A DNA stretch of 64,000 nucleotides, taken from contig JAGVGF010000004.1 in assembly GCA_020057295.1 (NCBI GenBank), forward strand, positions 59,312 through 123,311, in the 5' to 3' direction. Positions 31,494-40,745 of this stretch are shown here, piece by piece. Every line of letters begins with the position of its first letter. The first letter of the stretch is position 1. Source of the stretch: an archaeon. Its GTDB lineage: Archaea > Nanobdellota > Nanobdellia > Woesearchaeales > UBA9642. The position numbers and the translations under genes are program-made. The notes below the pieces were generated by a model. It worked only from the letters and a program-made list of their open reading frames with translations, did no database searches and was not told the origin of the DNA.

Positions 31494-33340
31494 TTTTGGA
31501 TAGTAATGGGGGTCTTATGGGACGCGTTGATTTAAGTATGTTTGTAGATGAATTATTATCACAGACAGATATTACGGAGCATATTGGACAAGTCGTATCT
31601 TTGAAAAAAAGAGGAAGCACATACTGGGCATGTTGTCCGTTTCATGAGGAAAAAACAGCGTCATTCCATGTTGATCCAAAAAAAGGTCTCTATAGTTGTT
31701 TTGGTTGTCACAGAGGAGGCAATCTTCTAACATTTTTTATGGAATATCAAAAGTTGAATTTCATTGAAGCAGTAAAATTTCTTGCAGAAAAAGAGGGCAG
31801 ACCGATGCCCGGATTTATGCATGAACGTGGAGAAAAAAATGCACATACAAGAGAAATACTCGAAGAGGCATTAACATATTTCACATCAAAATTAGAGACG
31901 TATCCAGAAGTCTACTCTTATCTTACAAGTGAAAGACGAGGATTAAATCCTGATACAATAAGAGAATATAGACTAGGATATGCTGAGCCTGGTTGGGATG
32001 GTTTGCTTAATCATCTTCGTGGAAAAGGATTTAGTATCGAAGATTTAATCAGGCAGAACCTTATATCAAAGAAATCATCGGCAGGAGAAAAATCCGAGTC
32101 ATTTAATGATTATTATGATCGTTTTCGTGGTAGAATAATAATTCCTATTTTTAATCATTTAGGTCAACTTACTGGATTTGCAGGACGTGTATTCAAAGAA
32201 GAGGATGCACAATATGGTAAGTATATTAATACAGCTGATGATACTCCTTTTGGCAAAACATCATATGTAAAGAAAAACACCTTGTTCGGTCTTGATAAGG
32301 CAGCACAATCAATCATTGACTTAGGAGAGGCAATATTAACTGAAGGATATTTTCATCATATAAGCAGTCACCAATCAGGTTTACTGAATGTTGTAGCATC
32401 TGGAGGTACTGCATTTACAAAAGAACAAGCAACACTTCTAAGAAGATATGCTGATAAGATATTAATATTAATGGACCCTGATGCAGCAGGAATAAGAGCT
32501 GCACGCACAGCTGCAGAGATAAGTTACGGTTTAGGTTTTAGTCCAAGATTAGGATTACTTCCAGAAGGCAAAGATCTTGATGATATCTCTAGAGAGTGCA
32601 AAAATAGAGATGCTATATTGCAAAGAATTTCTTTTATGGATATTCCACAATTCATAATACATACTACACAATACGATAGGAGTAATCCCGATGATGTTCA
32701 TCGTACATTAGAGGATTTAGCTAAATTCTTTTCTTTAGAAAAAAATGCTGGAAGAAAATTATTATGGATAAGCGAAACATCAAAAAGTCTTGATGTGCCG
32801 AAGGAAATTATTCATTCCTATATAAGAAAAGATATTAGAGAACCAGAAATTGATAGTGATACCATACCAGATACGTTGGTTAAATCGTACATTTATCATC
32901 TTCTAACAGCTCCTAAGGATTATAGAGCTACATTTCTTAGTGAGATACCTTGTGAAAGTAGAGTATTTAGATTCAATAAAGGTTTACAGATACTTTACAA
33001 AACCATTATAGAAGAGAGTCGCAAGAATCCTCAACAAAATTTAGATATTGAACCGCCAAGATTAGAAGAGTTAGATTTTGGAGTAATAAGGAGAGAACAA
33101 ATATTTGATTATTTAAGGAAAAAATTTATGGAGAGAACAATAGAACAATTTCCTTTTGAATTACAAGAATTTCTTTATAAAAAACCTAAAATAGATTTTA
33201 AGACAACTGTTTCATTATTAAGACATTACGTAAAAGAGTATCAACGCCAAGATTTAGTGCAGGGATTAGCAGAAGCATATAGAACAGAAAATGAAGAATC
33301 AATAAAAAGGATTTCAGAAGAGCTAAGAACATTAACATAA
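31484..33340 (+). CDS. dnaG: Bacterial-type DnaG primase (CHC2 zinc finger plus TOPRIM) with an extra C-terminal domain; the likely start is ATG 31517
   Basis: WACCPFHEEKTASFHVDPKKGLYSCFGCHRGGNLLTFFMEY zinc-binding domain and TOPRIM ILTEGYFH...ILILMDPDAAG. Confidence 0.8.
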   Translation: MLPFLDSNGGLMGRVDLSMFVDELLSQTDITEHIGQVVSLKKRGSTYWACCPFHEEKTASFHVDPKKGLYSCFGCHRGGNLLTFFMEYQKLNFIEAVKFLAEKEGRPMPGFMHERGEKNAHTREILEEALTYFTSKLETYPEVYSYLTSERRGLNPDTIREYRLGYAEPGWDGLLNHLRGKGFSIEDLIRQNLISKKSSAGEKSESFNDYYDRFRGRIIIPIFNHLGQLTGFAGRVFKEEDAQYGKYINTADDTPFGKTSYVKKNTLFGLDKAAQSIIDLGEAILTEGYFHHISSHQSGLLNVVASGGTAFTKEQATLLRRYADKILILMDPDAAGIRAARTAAEISYGLGFSPRLGLLPEGKDLDDISRECKNRDAILQRISFMDIPQFIIHTTQYDRSNPDDVHRTLEDLAKFFSLEKNAGRKLLWISETSKSLDVPKEIIHSYIRKDIREPEIDSDTIPDTLVKSYIYHLLTAPKDYRATFLSEIPCESRVFRFNKGLQILYKTIIEESRKNPQQNLDIEPPRLEELDFGVIRREQIFDYLRKKFMERTIEQFPFELQEFLYKKPKIDFKTTVSLLRHYVKEYQRQDLVQGLAEAYRTENEESIKRISEELRTLT

Positions 33341-33401
33341 TATTAATTTTATGATTTTATAATATTATTATAAGTTAAAACCATCAGGAGTTAAAGATAA
33401 T

Positions 33402-35372
33402 ATGATACTAAACATTTCTGGTCACAATTATACGTTGAGAGATTTTGAGAATGTAAGGCAAGAACTTCATAAATTCTATGAACGCTATGGAAAGAAAAAA
33501 CAGCCTACACAAGTTATGATTAGAACAAAAAATCCTTCATTATATCATCAGTTAAGATTGTGGGGATATAAATTATCAGGAAAGGGTTCGCCGAGATATG
33601 CTATAAAAGAAATGGGTCGTGATATAAAGACTGTGTTAAGTTTAGATGAAATAAAGGAACAGTTCAAATCTGTTTTTAACCCAGAATATGTCTCTAAATT
33701 TTATGGTACTCCAGGAAAGCGTGTGAGCATAAAAAAAGAAATGCTCGATGCTGGTCAGAGACAAAAACAAGCGTATTTTGCATGTTTTTTTAAAAAGAGA
33801 AATCTTTCTTTAAAAGATATTATTAATGGATTACACGGAGAACATCCTGATCTTTATGATGCGTTACATGGGTCTTTATTAACTAACGAAGTTATTGGCG
33901 ATAATTTAATAGATTTATATTATCAAGGTAAAGATTTATCTCCTGGTGCTATTGAGCGTACAAATAGTATTGGAAGCAGAATTAAGCATCAATTACAAAA
34001 AAGTATAAAGTCTGATAAAGGTTCTGAAAAATATTGGCATAATATGCTAAAATTCTTGCCTATCCCTAGAATAAATATTTCTGATTTACGTAGTGACGGT
34101 CAAGACGCTAGAGCTGTTATGTCACAAATAGTTGAATTACAGGCACAATTTTTATTAGAAATAGTAAAAAAATATGATCCTGAATGTTCTTCGATGAGTG
34201 ATACATTTAAAAAATTATTTGGACCAAAAATTACTGCAATATATCCAAGAAGTAATCAAGGCATGGTAGAGTTAGAGAATGGCAATACATTTGCTGATGC
34301 ACGTATACAATCCGGTTTAGAAGATATACTTTTAGAAGTAAAGAACAAAAATCTTTTAACAGACAGCCTTCATAAAAGACTAAGAAAATATGATTCTAAA
34401 CATTATTGGAATGATTCTAAAAGAATAACAAAAAAAGTTCTATTAGTAAACACAATCGATGAATGTGTAAGTGAGCATTTTGAGAGGTTTGAAAGGAAAG
34501 GTTGGGATGTTTGGAATACAACACAATTTTTTGAAGATTATAAAAAAGCAATAGATATTTTAATGCAAAATGATCCTTTGTTTTTCCAGAAATCTATGAT
34601 GCCTATGCAAAGTCAAGAATTAATGATGGATATTGCTAAGGAGATAACAACCACACCTCACCTACTTATGAGAAGATCACATGCATACAAAAGAAATTGG
34701 ATCAAGACATTACTTAAAGAAAATATTTTAGCTCTCACAAAAAATATTCCTAATCACGAAAGAGAAAATTATGCTGAATGTTATCGTGAACCATTTCTGG
34801 TTTTCGATCAATACTATCATGGTCGTGAAAAAGTATCTGTTCCTAACGTGTTGTTCGTAGATCTTGAAACAACAGGACATCTTAAAAATGGATCAATGAT
34901 TGTTGTTTTAGGGATGGCATATATGCATGAAGGACAGATGTATACAGAACTATTATTTGCCAGAAATCCTCAAGAAGAAAAAAGAATCTTAGAACGATTT
35001 AATCAACTATCACAACAATATGATACCATAGCGACATTTAACGGAGATTCTTTTGATAAACCCTTTTTACAAGAACGATTAAATGCTCATCTTATACGCT
35101 ATCCCAAAGAATGGAATCATGTAGATGTATATAAGAAATATAAACAAATAGCTAAAAAAAATAAATATCCTACAGCATCGCTACAAACATATGAGAGAAC
35201 AGAGTTAGGCTTAATAAGAAGAGGCGATATTTTAGGAAAAGATATTCCTCAAGCATATAAAGATTTTATAAATGGTATTGACGATCATACTATAAAGAAA
35301 GTTATTACTCATAATCATCTTGATGTAATAAGCTTAGCAATAATTTACGATCAATATTATCAGAAGAAATAA
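33402..35372 (+). CDS. Large hypothetical protein with a C-terminal RNase H-like (DEDD/YprB-type) 3'-5' exonuclease domain
   Basis: VLFVDLETTGH (Exo I), FNGDSFDKPFL (Exo II) and HNHLDVISLAIIYDQY (Exo III-like). Confidence 0.55.
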   Translation: MILNISGHNYTLRDFENVRQELHKFYERYGKKKQPTQVMIRTKNPSLYHQLRLWGYKLSGKGSPRYAIKEMGRDIKTVLSLDEIKEQFKSVFNPEYVSKFYGTPGKRVSIKKEMLDAGQRQKQAYFACFFKKRNLSLKDIINGLHGEHPDLYDALHGSLLTNEVIGDNLIDLYYQGKDLSPGAIERTNSIGSRIKHQLQKSIKSDKGSEKYWHNMLKFLPIPRINISDLRSDGQDARAVMSQIVELQAQFLLEIVKKYDPECSSMSDTFKKLFGPKITAIYPRSNQGMVELENGNTFADARIQSGLEDILLEVKNKNLLTDSLHKRLRKYDSKHYWNDSKRITKKVLLVNTIDECVSEHFERFERKGWDVWNTTQFFEDYKKAIDILMQNDPLFFQKSMMPMQSQELMMDIAKEITTTPHLLMRRSHAYKRNWIKTLLKENILALTKNIPNHERENYAECYREPFLVFDQYYHGREKVSVPNVLFVDLETTGHLKNGSMIVVLGMAYMHEGQMYTELLFARNPQEEKRILERFNQLSQQYDTIATFNGDSFDKPFLQERLNAHLIRYPKEWNHVDVYKKYKQIAKKNKYPTASLQTYERTELGLIRRGDILGKDIPQAYKDFINGIDDHTIKKVITHNHLDVISLAIIYDQYYQKK

Positions 35373-35374
35373 TT

Positions 35375-37774
35375 CTATACTATCTGACTATTGTGTTCAT
35401 GCTTATTAATACGTATTATGTTTTGTACGTAACTTTCCATTTTTGGCTCATGACTGACCATTATCAGCTGTTTCATGTCTAATTCGTAAAGCACATCACG
35501 CATTCTATCAAGTTGTTCTGAACTGAACCCATCTGTTGGTTCGTCTAAAATTATTAAATCCTTAGTTTTAATATTATTAATAAGATCATTAATAACCTTA
35601 TTTAGAGCAAGCCTATATGCTAATGCTACTGCTGTTTTTTCTCCACCAGACAAATTTGATATTTCCGTTTCGTAATTATTTTGAGTAACTAAAGGAGTGA
35701 ATTCATCATCAACTCTTACTTCAATATTTTCATCATCAATTAACATGGTAAACCATTTCTGGAATAACTCGTTGAATTCTATATGTATTTTTTGCATTAT
35801 AACTTTTTCGATAGTAGATGTTAAATTTACAAAATGTTCTGTAATCCAATAATTTAAATCATTAATATATGCTATTTTATCTTTGAGTTTATTTTTCTTA
35901 TCTATATCTTCTGTCAATTTAGAAATTTCTTTATTTGCGTTATCTAAATCTTTCTTTACACTTACAATTCTAATATCGCTCTCTCTTAATTGTTTATTAT
36001 TATCATCTAATTCTTTCTTTTTAGTATTATATTCTGACTCAATGTTTGCATATTGTGAGATTTTGTTATTATGTTCGTTATATTTTTCATTTAAATCTTT
36101 GACTTCATCCTGAATAATTTTATTACGCGAGTCTAATTCTATTTTTTGCGTACTTTTTTCTTTTAATGATTCTTCGATATGTTTTTTTACTTCAATATTA
36201 TTTAGTATCTTTCTATTTTTTGATATAGTCTCTATTAATTTATTTACATCCATATGATCTAACTTTTCTTTCTTTAGTTTTAAATCGTCAATTTCGTTAG
36301 TTAGCTGGGTTTTCAATTCTTGCTGTTTAGTAATATTAGATAATTTCATTGAAACTTCTTTTAATTCAATTTCGCTTTTTCTTAACTCTTCAAATCCTTC
36401 TTTAAGATTTTTAATCTTTATTTCTAAGTCTTTTTTCTTATTGTTTAATTCTACAATCTTTCTGTCTGTCCCTAATATGTTAGCGTTTTCTTTGTCTAGA
36501 ATTTTTACTTTGTGTGTAAAGTCTACATTTTGTAAACATAATGGACATGTATTTAAGTCCTTTAATTGATTCACAATTTTTAAAGAATTATTTTTACCAA
36601 TACTGATAGTATTTAATTCAATACTAATTTTATCGAGCAATACTTTTTCTTCATCGAGCTCTTTCTCTTTATGTGATTTTAATTCTAATCTCTTAGTTAT
36701 TATTTGTTGCTTGTAGTTTAATGCAGCGACATCTTCCACAATAAGATTCTCTATATCCCTTTGTTTATCTTCTAATCTTTTGCCAATTACCTCTTTTGCA
36801 GTTCTTATGCGTTCTAATTTTTGTTCGCTATCATTTAATTCTTGTCTTATTGTAGTTTCGTTCGAGTCTATAACTCCTAAATCTTTCAACTTATTGTTAT
36901 ACTCATTAATTCTGTATTCTATCATTCCTAATTCTTTAGTATTTCTATCAAGTTCTGACTTTTTATTTTTTAAGTGTAATAGCGATATCTCTAAATCTTT
37001 TTTTAAAATATTTAATGCGTTAATTTTATTCTCGTAGTTTTTGATGTCTGTATTTTTACTCTCATGTAAAGATTTTATTTCAGAATTAGCTTTTTCCTCT
37101 TCTGATAATGTCGATAACATCTTGTCTTTTAACGAAATCTGATCCTCTAAAGATTTTTTTATTAAATCTAAATCCTGTATTTTGCCTTCAATAATTTTTT
37201 TAGTATTACGCAACTCTTTTGCATACATCAACGAGTTTTCTCTAATTCTCTTATATTTGTCTATATCAAATATTTTTCTTAAAGTATCAAGTCTATCTTC
37301 TTTACTTTCTAGAAGAATTCTTTTCATCTCTTCCTGTGGTGTATAGACTGTATATCGATATATTAAACTAGTATTCTTATTAATTAATTCTTGAGGATAA
37401 CCAAATAATTCTAACATCTTAGATTTTAATTCTACTGGTGTCCCATCAAAAACTTTGCTATCAGTAATTATTTGTCCAGACTCCTGACCAATAACATCAT
37501 CCTTTCCACGTTTTAATTTCCTCACAATCCTTACTTCTTTATTATCAATGATAAATGTTAATTCTACACTTCCCTCTTTTTTTCCATGACGTAATAATGT
37601 TCCGCCGCTAATATCTCCTTTAATCAATCCAAACATTGCAAACTCTATAGCAAGTAATATTGTTGTCTTTCCTGAACCAATATCCCCAAGAAGAAGTGTA
37701 GAACCGTTCGTGAAATCAATACTTTGAGAATTGTATGAACGAATATTTTCCAGCTTTAAAGACTTAAGGAGCAT
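35375..37774 (-). CDS. Rad50/SbcC-like SMC-family ATPase with a zinc hook
   Basis: Walker A GDIGSGKTTILLAIEFAMFG, long coiled coils, CPLC hook, signature LSGGEKTAVALAYRLAL, Walker B LIILDEPTDGFS and H-loop MVSHE. No adjacent Mre11/SbcD. Confidence 0.8.
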   Translation of the reverse strand: MLLKSLKLENIRSYNSQSIDFTNGSTLLLGDIGSGKTTILLAIEFAMFGLIKGDISGGTLLRHGKKEGSVELTFIIDNKEVRIVRKLKRGKDDVIGQESGQIITDSKVFDGTPVELKSKMLELFGYPQELINKNTSLIYRYTVYTPQEEMKRILLESKEDRLDTLRKIFDIDKYKRIRENSLMYAKELRNTKKIIEGKIQDLDLIKKSLEDQISLKDKMLSTLSEEEKANSEIKSLHESKNTDIKNYENKINALNILKKDLEISLLHLKNKKSELDRNTKELGMIEYRINEYNNKLKDLGVIDSNETTIRQELNDSEQKLERIRTAKEVIGKRLEDKQRDIENLIVEDVAALNYKQQIITKRLELKSHKEKELDEEKVLLDKISIELNTISIGKNNSLKIVNQLKDLNTCPLCLQNVDFTHKVKILDKENANILGTDRKIVELNNKKKDLEIKIKNLKEGFEELRKSEIELKEVSMKLSNITKQQELKTQLTNEIDDLKLKKEKLDHMDVNKLIETISKNRKILNNIEVKKHIEESLKEKSTQKIELDSRNKIIQDEVKDLNEKYNEHNNKISQYANIESEYNTKKKELDDNNKQLRESDIRIVSVKKDLDNANKEISKLTEDIDKKNKLKDKIAYINDLNYWITEHFVNLTSTIEKVIMQKIHIEFNELFQKWFTMLIDDENIEVRVDDEFTPLVTQNNYETEISNLSGGEKTAVALAYRLALNKVINDLINNIKTKDLIILDEPTDGFSSEQLDRMRDVLYELDMKQLIMVSHEPKMESYVQNIIRINKHEHNSQIV

Positions 37775-37870
37775 AACCTTGAGAATAAATACAGCTTTAA
37801 AAGGTTTATTGTGATTTGTCCTGTGCCTATTTCTAGCACAACATTTTTAAAACACTTTAATTGTCTCACA

Positions 37871-37884
37871 ATATAGCCCCGTAG
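37871..37884 (+). repeat. 14-nt copy (TATAGCCCCGTAGT) of the tRNA-Gln 5' end plus 3 nt of flank, about 90 nt upstream of the tRNA
   Basis: Exact match to 37961-37974. Confidence 0.5.
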
Positions 37885-37963
37885 TACGCAGCGCCTTTTA
37901 CAAAAAGTCGCGTCAAAAGTGTGTGTTCACTTCGTGAAGCACATGCGTCTATGTTTTGCTTAT

Positions 37964-38083
37964 AGCCCCGTAGTGTAGCGGTCAATCATGCAGGCCTTTG
38001 GTGGCAAAAATCAAAGATTTTTGAAAATCTTTGTCAAATGCCAAAGATAGCCTGTGACCCCAGTTCGAATCTGGGCGGGGCTA
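37964..38083 (+). tRNA. tRNA-Gln (UUG) with a 47-nt intron (38002-38048); integration target
   Basis: A1-U72 acceptor AGCCCCG/CGGGGCT, archaeal Gln-like D region, anticodon stem CAGGC/GCCTG with loop CUUUGG|A, exon-intron helices CTTTGG/CCAAAG and TGGCA/TGCCA, T arm CCCAG-TTCGAAT-CTGGG. Confidence 0.8.
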
Positions 38084-38169
38084 GTTTATTCTATCGTGAA
38101 AGTGAAGGGCTAAATCAGTACCAAAACTGTACTGAGAATATAAAAGTAAACTCGTCTAAACGTAGTTCT

Positions 38170-39306
38170 ATGGTGAAAATTCATCCAGAAGGACGCATAA
38201 TAGACAAGAAGTATTTATGGAACGGAGTACTTAATTTAACTAATTCTATTGAAAGAAGCGATATGCTTCAAGAGAATAAAGATTTGATAGGGCGATTTAT
38301 TCATGATGCCAGAATTGGTAAAACAATAAAGATAGGACAAAAAAAGCAAGTTGCCATCTTGCGTCAAGTAAAATATCTACAAGACCTAAAAAAACTTGAT
38401 GCTTACTTCAGGAAACCACTTGATAAAATAACACAATTAGAAATGGAACAGTTTATTCTTGATTTGGAGGAAGGTCGATTAAAGAAAAATAATGGGCAAC
38501 CATTCGCTAAAGAAACACAAGTATGTATGAAAAAAATTATAATTAAGTTCTATAAATGGTTGTTTGGTAAGAGTCGAACAGTGCCTGAACTTGTAGATTG
38601 GATAGACACAAGCATAGAAGTTAGAGACTATAAAGCTATACGAAAAGAAGACGTAGACACAATTTTAATTAGATATACCAGTAATACTACAGAAAATTTA
38701 TTGCGAAACAAAGCTATTATTATGTTTTTGTTTGACAGTGGAGCAAGAGCAGATGAACTTCTTAATGTGCGTTTGAATCATTTAACAATAGAAAATGGAA
38801 ATTATAAAGTTCGTATAGAATATTCTAAAACAAAGAAAAGAACTCTGTCTTTACCTTTTTCTAAGGAGTACCTTGATGCATGGTTAAAAGTTCATCCTGC
38901 AAAAGATGAACCATTGGCGCAATTATTTCCTGTAACGTATGCAGGATTATGCAATGTAGTTCATAGAGGTGGAGAATTAGTTAAAAAGAAACTAACTCCT
39001 CATGGTTTAAGACATAGCTCAGCAACACATTGGGCAAGAACGTTGTCGCAGTATGTTTTATGTGGACGTTTTGGATGGAGTATGAATAGTAAACAGCCTG
39101 CAAGATATATTGATAGAGAAGGATTAGACCAAGAGAAAGTACAAGAACAAGCTACTGCTGATAAAGTCATATCTTTAGAAAGCAAAAATTCACAGTTAAA
39201 TAGCAGAATAGCAATGCTAGAAGACCAGTTTGAAAAATTCTTCAAAGGAGATAAAGAAGAACTGATAAAGATAATTGATATCGTGAAAAAACAAAAGGAA
39301 TTATAA
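38170..39306 (+). CDS. int: Tyrosine recombinase/integrase (phage-integrase family); start re-set downstream of the tRNA
   Basis: HGLRHSSATHWA box II and the catalytic Tyr region QPARYIDRE. The listed ORF start at 38038 lies inside tRNA-Gln. Confidence 0.85.
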   Translation: MVKIHPEGRIIDKKYLWNGVLNLTNSIERSDMLQENKDLIGRFIHDARIGKTIKIGQKKQVAILRQVKYLQDLKKLDAYFRKPLDKITQLEMEQFILDLEEGRLKKNNGQPFAKETQVCMKKIIIKFYKWLFGKSRTVPELVDWIDTSIEVRDYKAIRKEDVDTILIRYTSNTTENLLRNKAIIMFLFDSGARADELLNVRLNHLTIENGNYKVRIEYSKTKKRTLSLPFSKEYLDAWLKVHPAKDEPLAQLFPVTYAGLCNVVHRGGELVKKKLTPHGLRHSSATHWARTLSQYVLCGRFGWSMNSKQPARYIDREGLDQEKVQEQATADKVISLESKNSQLNSRIAMLEDQFEKFFKGDKEELIKIIDIVKKQKEL

Positions 39307-39494
39307 TTGAAAGGAATTTTATCGGGCAAAGAATGCAGTATATTAGTTTATACTTTTTGCAAAAGAAATATCTTTATAAAACACAATTGCCATGAGTTAT
39401 TATGCACGTAATGAATACTCAAAAATATGATAAGAGAGACATTACTTCTATTAAGACTTATGCATAAAAACTTATTAATCATACACTAAGAGAG

Positions 39495-40745
39495 ATGACT
39501 GATGCACCAACAACTCTTAATAAAAATTCTGCAAAAGAAGTTAAAGGAAAATTCGGACAGTATTTAGAAAAATATTATTTTGGCATTGAAAATAATTCGA
39601 TTAGCGAACCTGATTTTAAAGAAGCAAAATTAGAATTAAAGAGTACGCCTATTAAACGTCTAAACAATGGAACATACACACCAAAAGAAAGATTAGTGTT
39701 AAATATTATTGATTATTGCGCTATTATTGAAGAGAAATGGGAAACATCTCACTTCCTCAGTAAAAATGAATTATTATTGTTAATTCTATATCTATACGAA
39801 ACAGATAAAAATTTTCTAGATTATCTAATAAGATATGTTACCCTTTGGAAAATTGAGGGTGCAGATAGAGAAATGATTAGACAGGACTGGGAAAAAATAG
39901 TTTCTAAAATAAAATCCGGTAAAGCCCACGAATTATCAGAAGGAGAAACATTTTATTTAGGTGCATGTAGAAAAGGATGGAAAGAAGAACCTAGAAAACA
40001 ACCTAATTCTCCGATTAGAGCGCCACAGAGAGCGTTTAGTTTTAAAGTTAAATATATGAGTGCCGTATTAAAGAGATTAGAAGATTCACAAAAACTAATC
40101 ACAGATATTTCTGAACTAAAGAAAAATAGTTTTGAAAATTTAGTGTATAATAAATTTCAACCGTTCTTGAATATGAATATAAAAAATATTGAACAAAAAT
40201 TACATACAAAACTAAATAGAAAATCAAAAGGTTACTATGCAGATTTAGCTAGGAGAATGATGGGAGTTTCAGCTAAGTATATCGAAGAATTCGAGAAGGC
40301 AGGCGTATCAATGAAAATAATACGTTTGAAACACAACGGCGTTCCAAAAGAAGATATGTCTTTTCCATATTTTAAATATAAAGAAATTGCAGAACAAGAG
40401 TGGGATGAGAGCAATTTTAGTGAACAATTAGAAAGCAAATTCTTTTTTGTAGTTTATCAAATGAATAAAGATGAATCAAAAATATTTTTTAAAAAAGCAT
40501 TTTTTTGGAATATGCCTATAACAGATATGGCTGAATGTGAAGCAGTCTGGATTGAAACTAAAAAAAGAATTATTTCTGGGAAAGCAGATACTTTACCTAA
40601 AAAAATAGAGAATAGAGTTTCTCACGTCAGACCTCACGCAAGAAATAAACAAGATACTGATATAGCACCTAATGGAAAATTATATGTAAAAAAATGCTTT
40701 TGGTTGAATTCTAAATACTTAAAAGAACAAATAGAAAATAATTAG
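39495..40745 (+). CDS. MutH/Sau3AI-family type II restriction endonuclease (probable GATC specificity)
   Basis: GQYLEKYYFGIENNSISEPDFKEAKLELKSTPIKR...WETSHFLSKNEL parallels MutH GVLLEIWLGASAGS...DFAALGVELKTIPVD...WETSHVRHKL, with the D-(x)n-E-x-K catalytic motif. It is convergent with and overlaps the C5 methyltransferase. Confidence 0.7.
   Translation: MTDAPTTLNKNSAKEVKGKFGQYLEKYYFGIENNSISEPDFKEAKLELKSTPIKRLNNGTYTPKERLVLNIIDYCAIIEEKWETSHFLSKNELLLLILYLYETDKNFLDYLIRYVTLWKIEGADREMIRQDWEKIVSKIKSGKAHELSEGETFYLGACRKGWKEEPRKQPNSPIRAPQRAFSFKVKYMSAVLKRLEDSQKLITDISELKKNSFENLVYNKFQPFLNMNIKNIEQKLHTKLNRKSKGYYADLARRMMGVSAKYIEEFEKAGVSMKIIRLKHNGVPKEDMSFPYFKYKEIAEQEWDESNFSEQLESKFFFVVYQMNKDESKIFFKKAFFWNMPITDMAECEAVWIETKKRIISGKADTLPKKIENRVSHVRPHARNKQDTDIAPNGKLYVKKCFWLNSKYLKEQIENN

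Noticed and set aside
38038-38169. 5' extension of the integrase ORF
   Set aside because: It starts inside tRNA-Gln. An internal ATG at 38170 gives a normal-length integrase.
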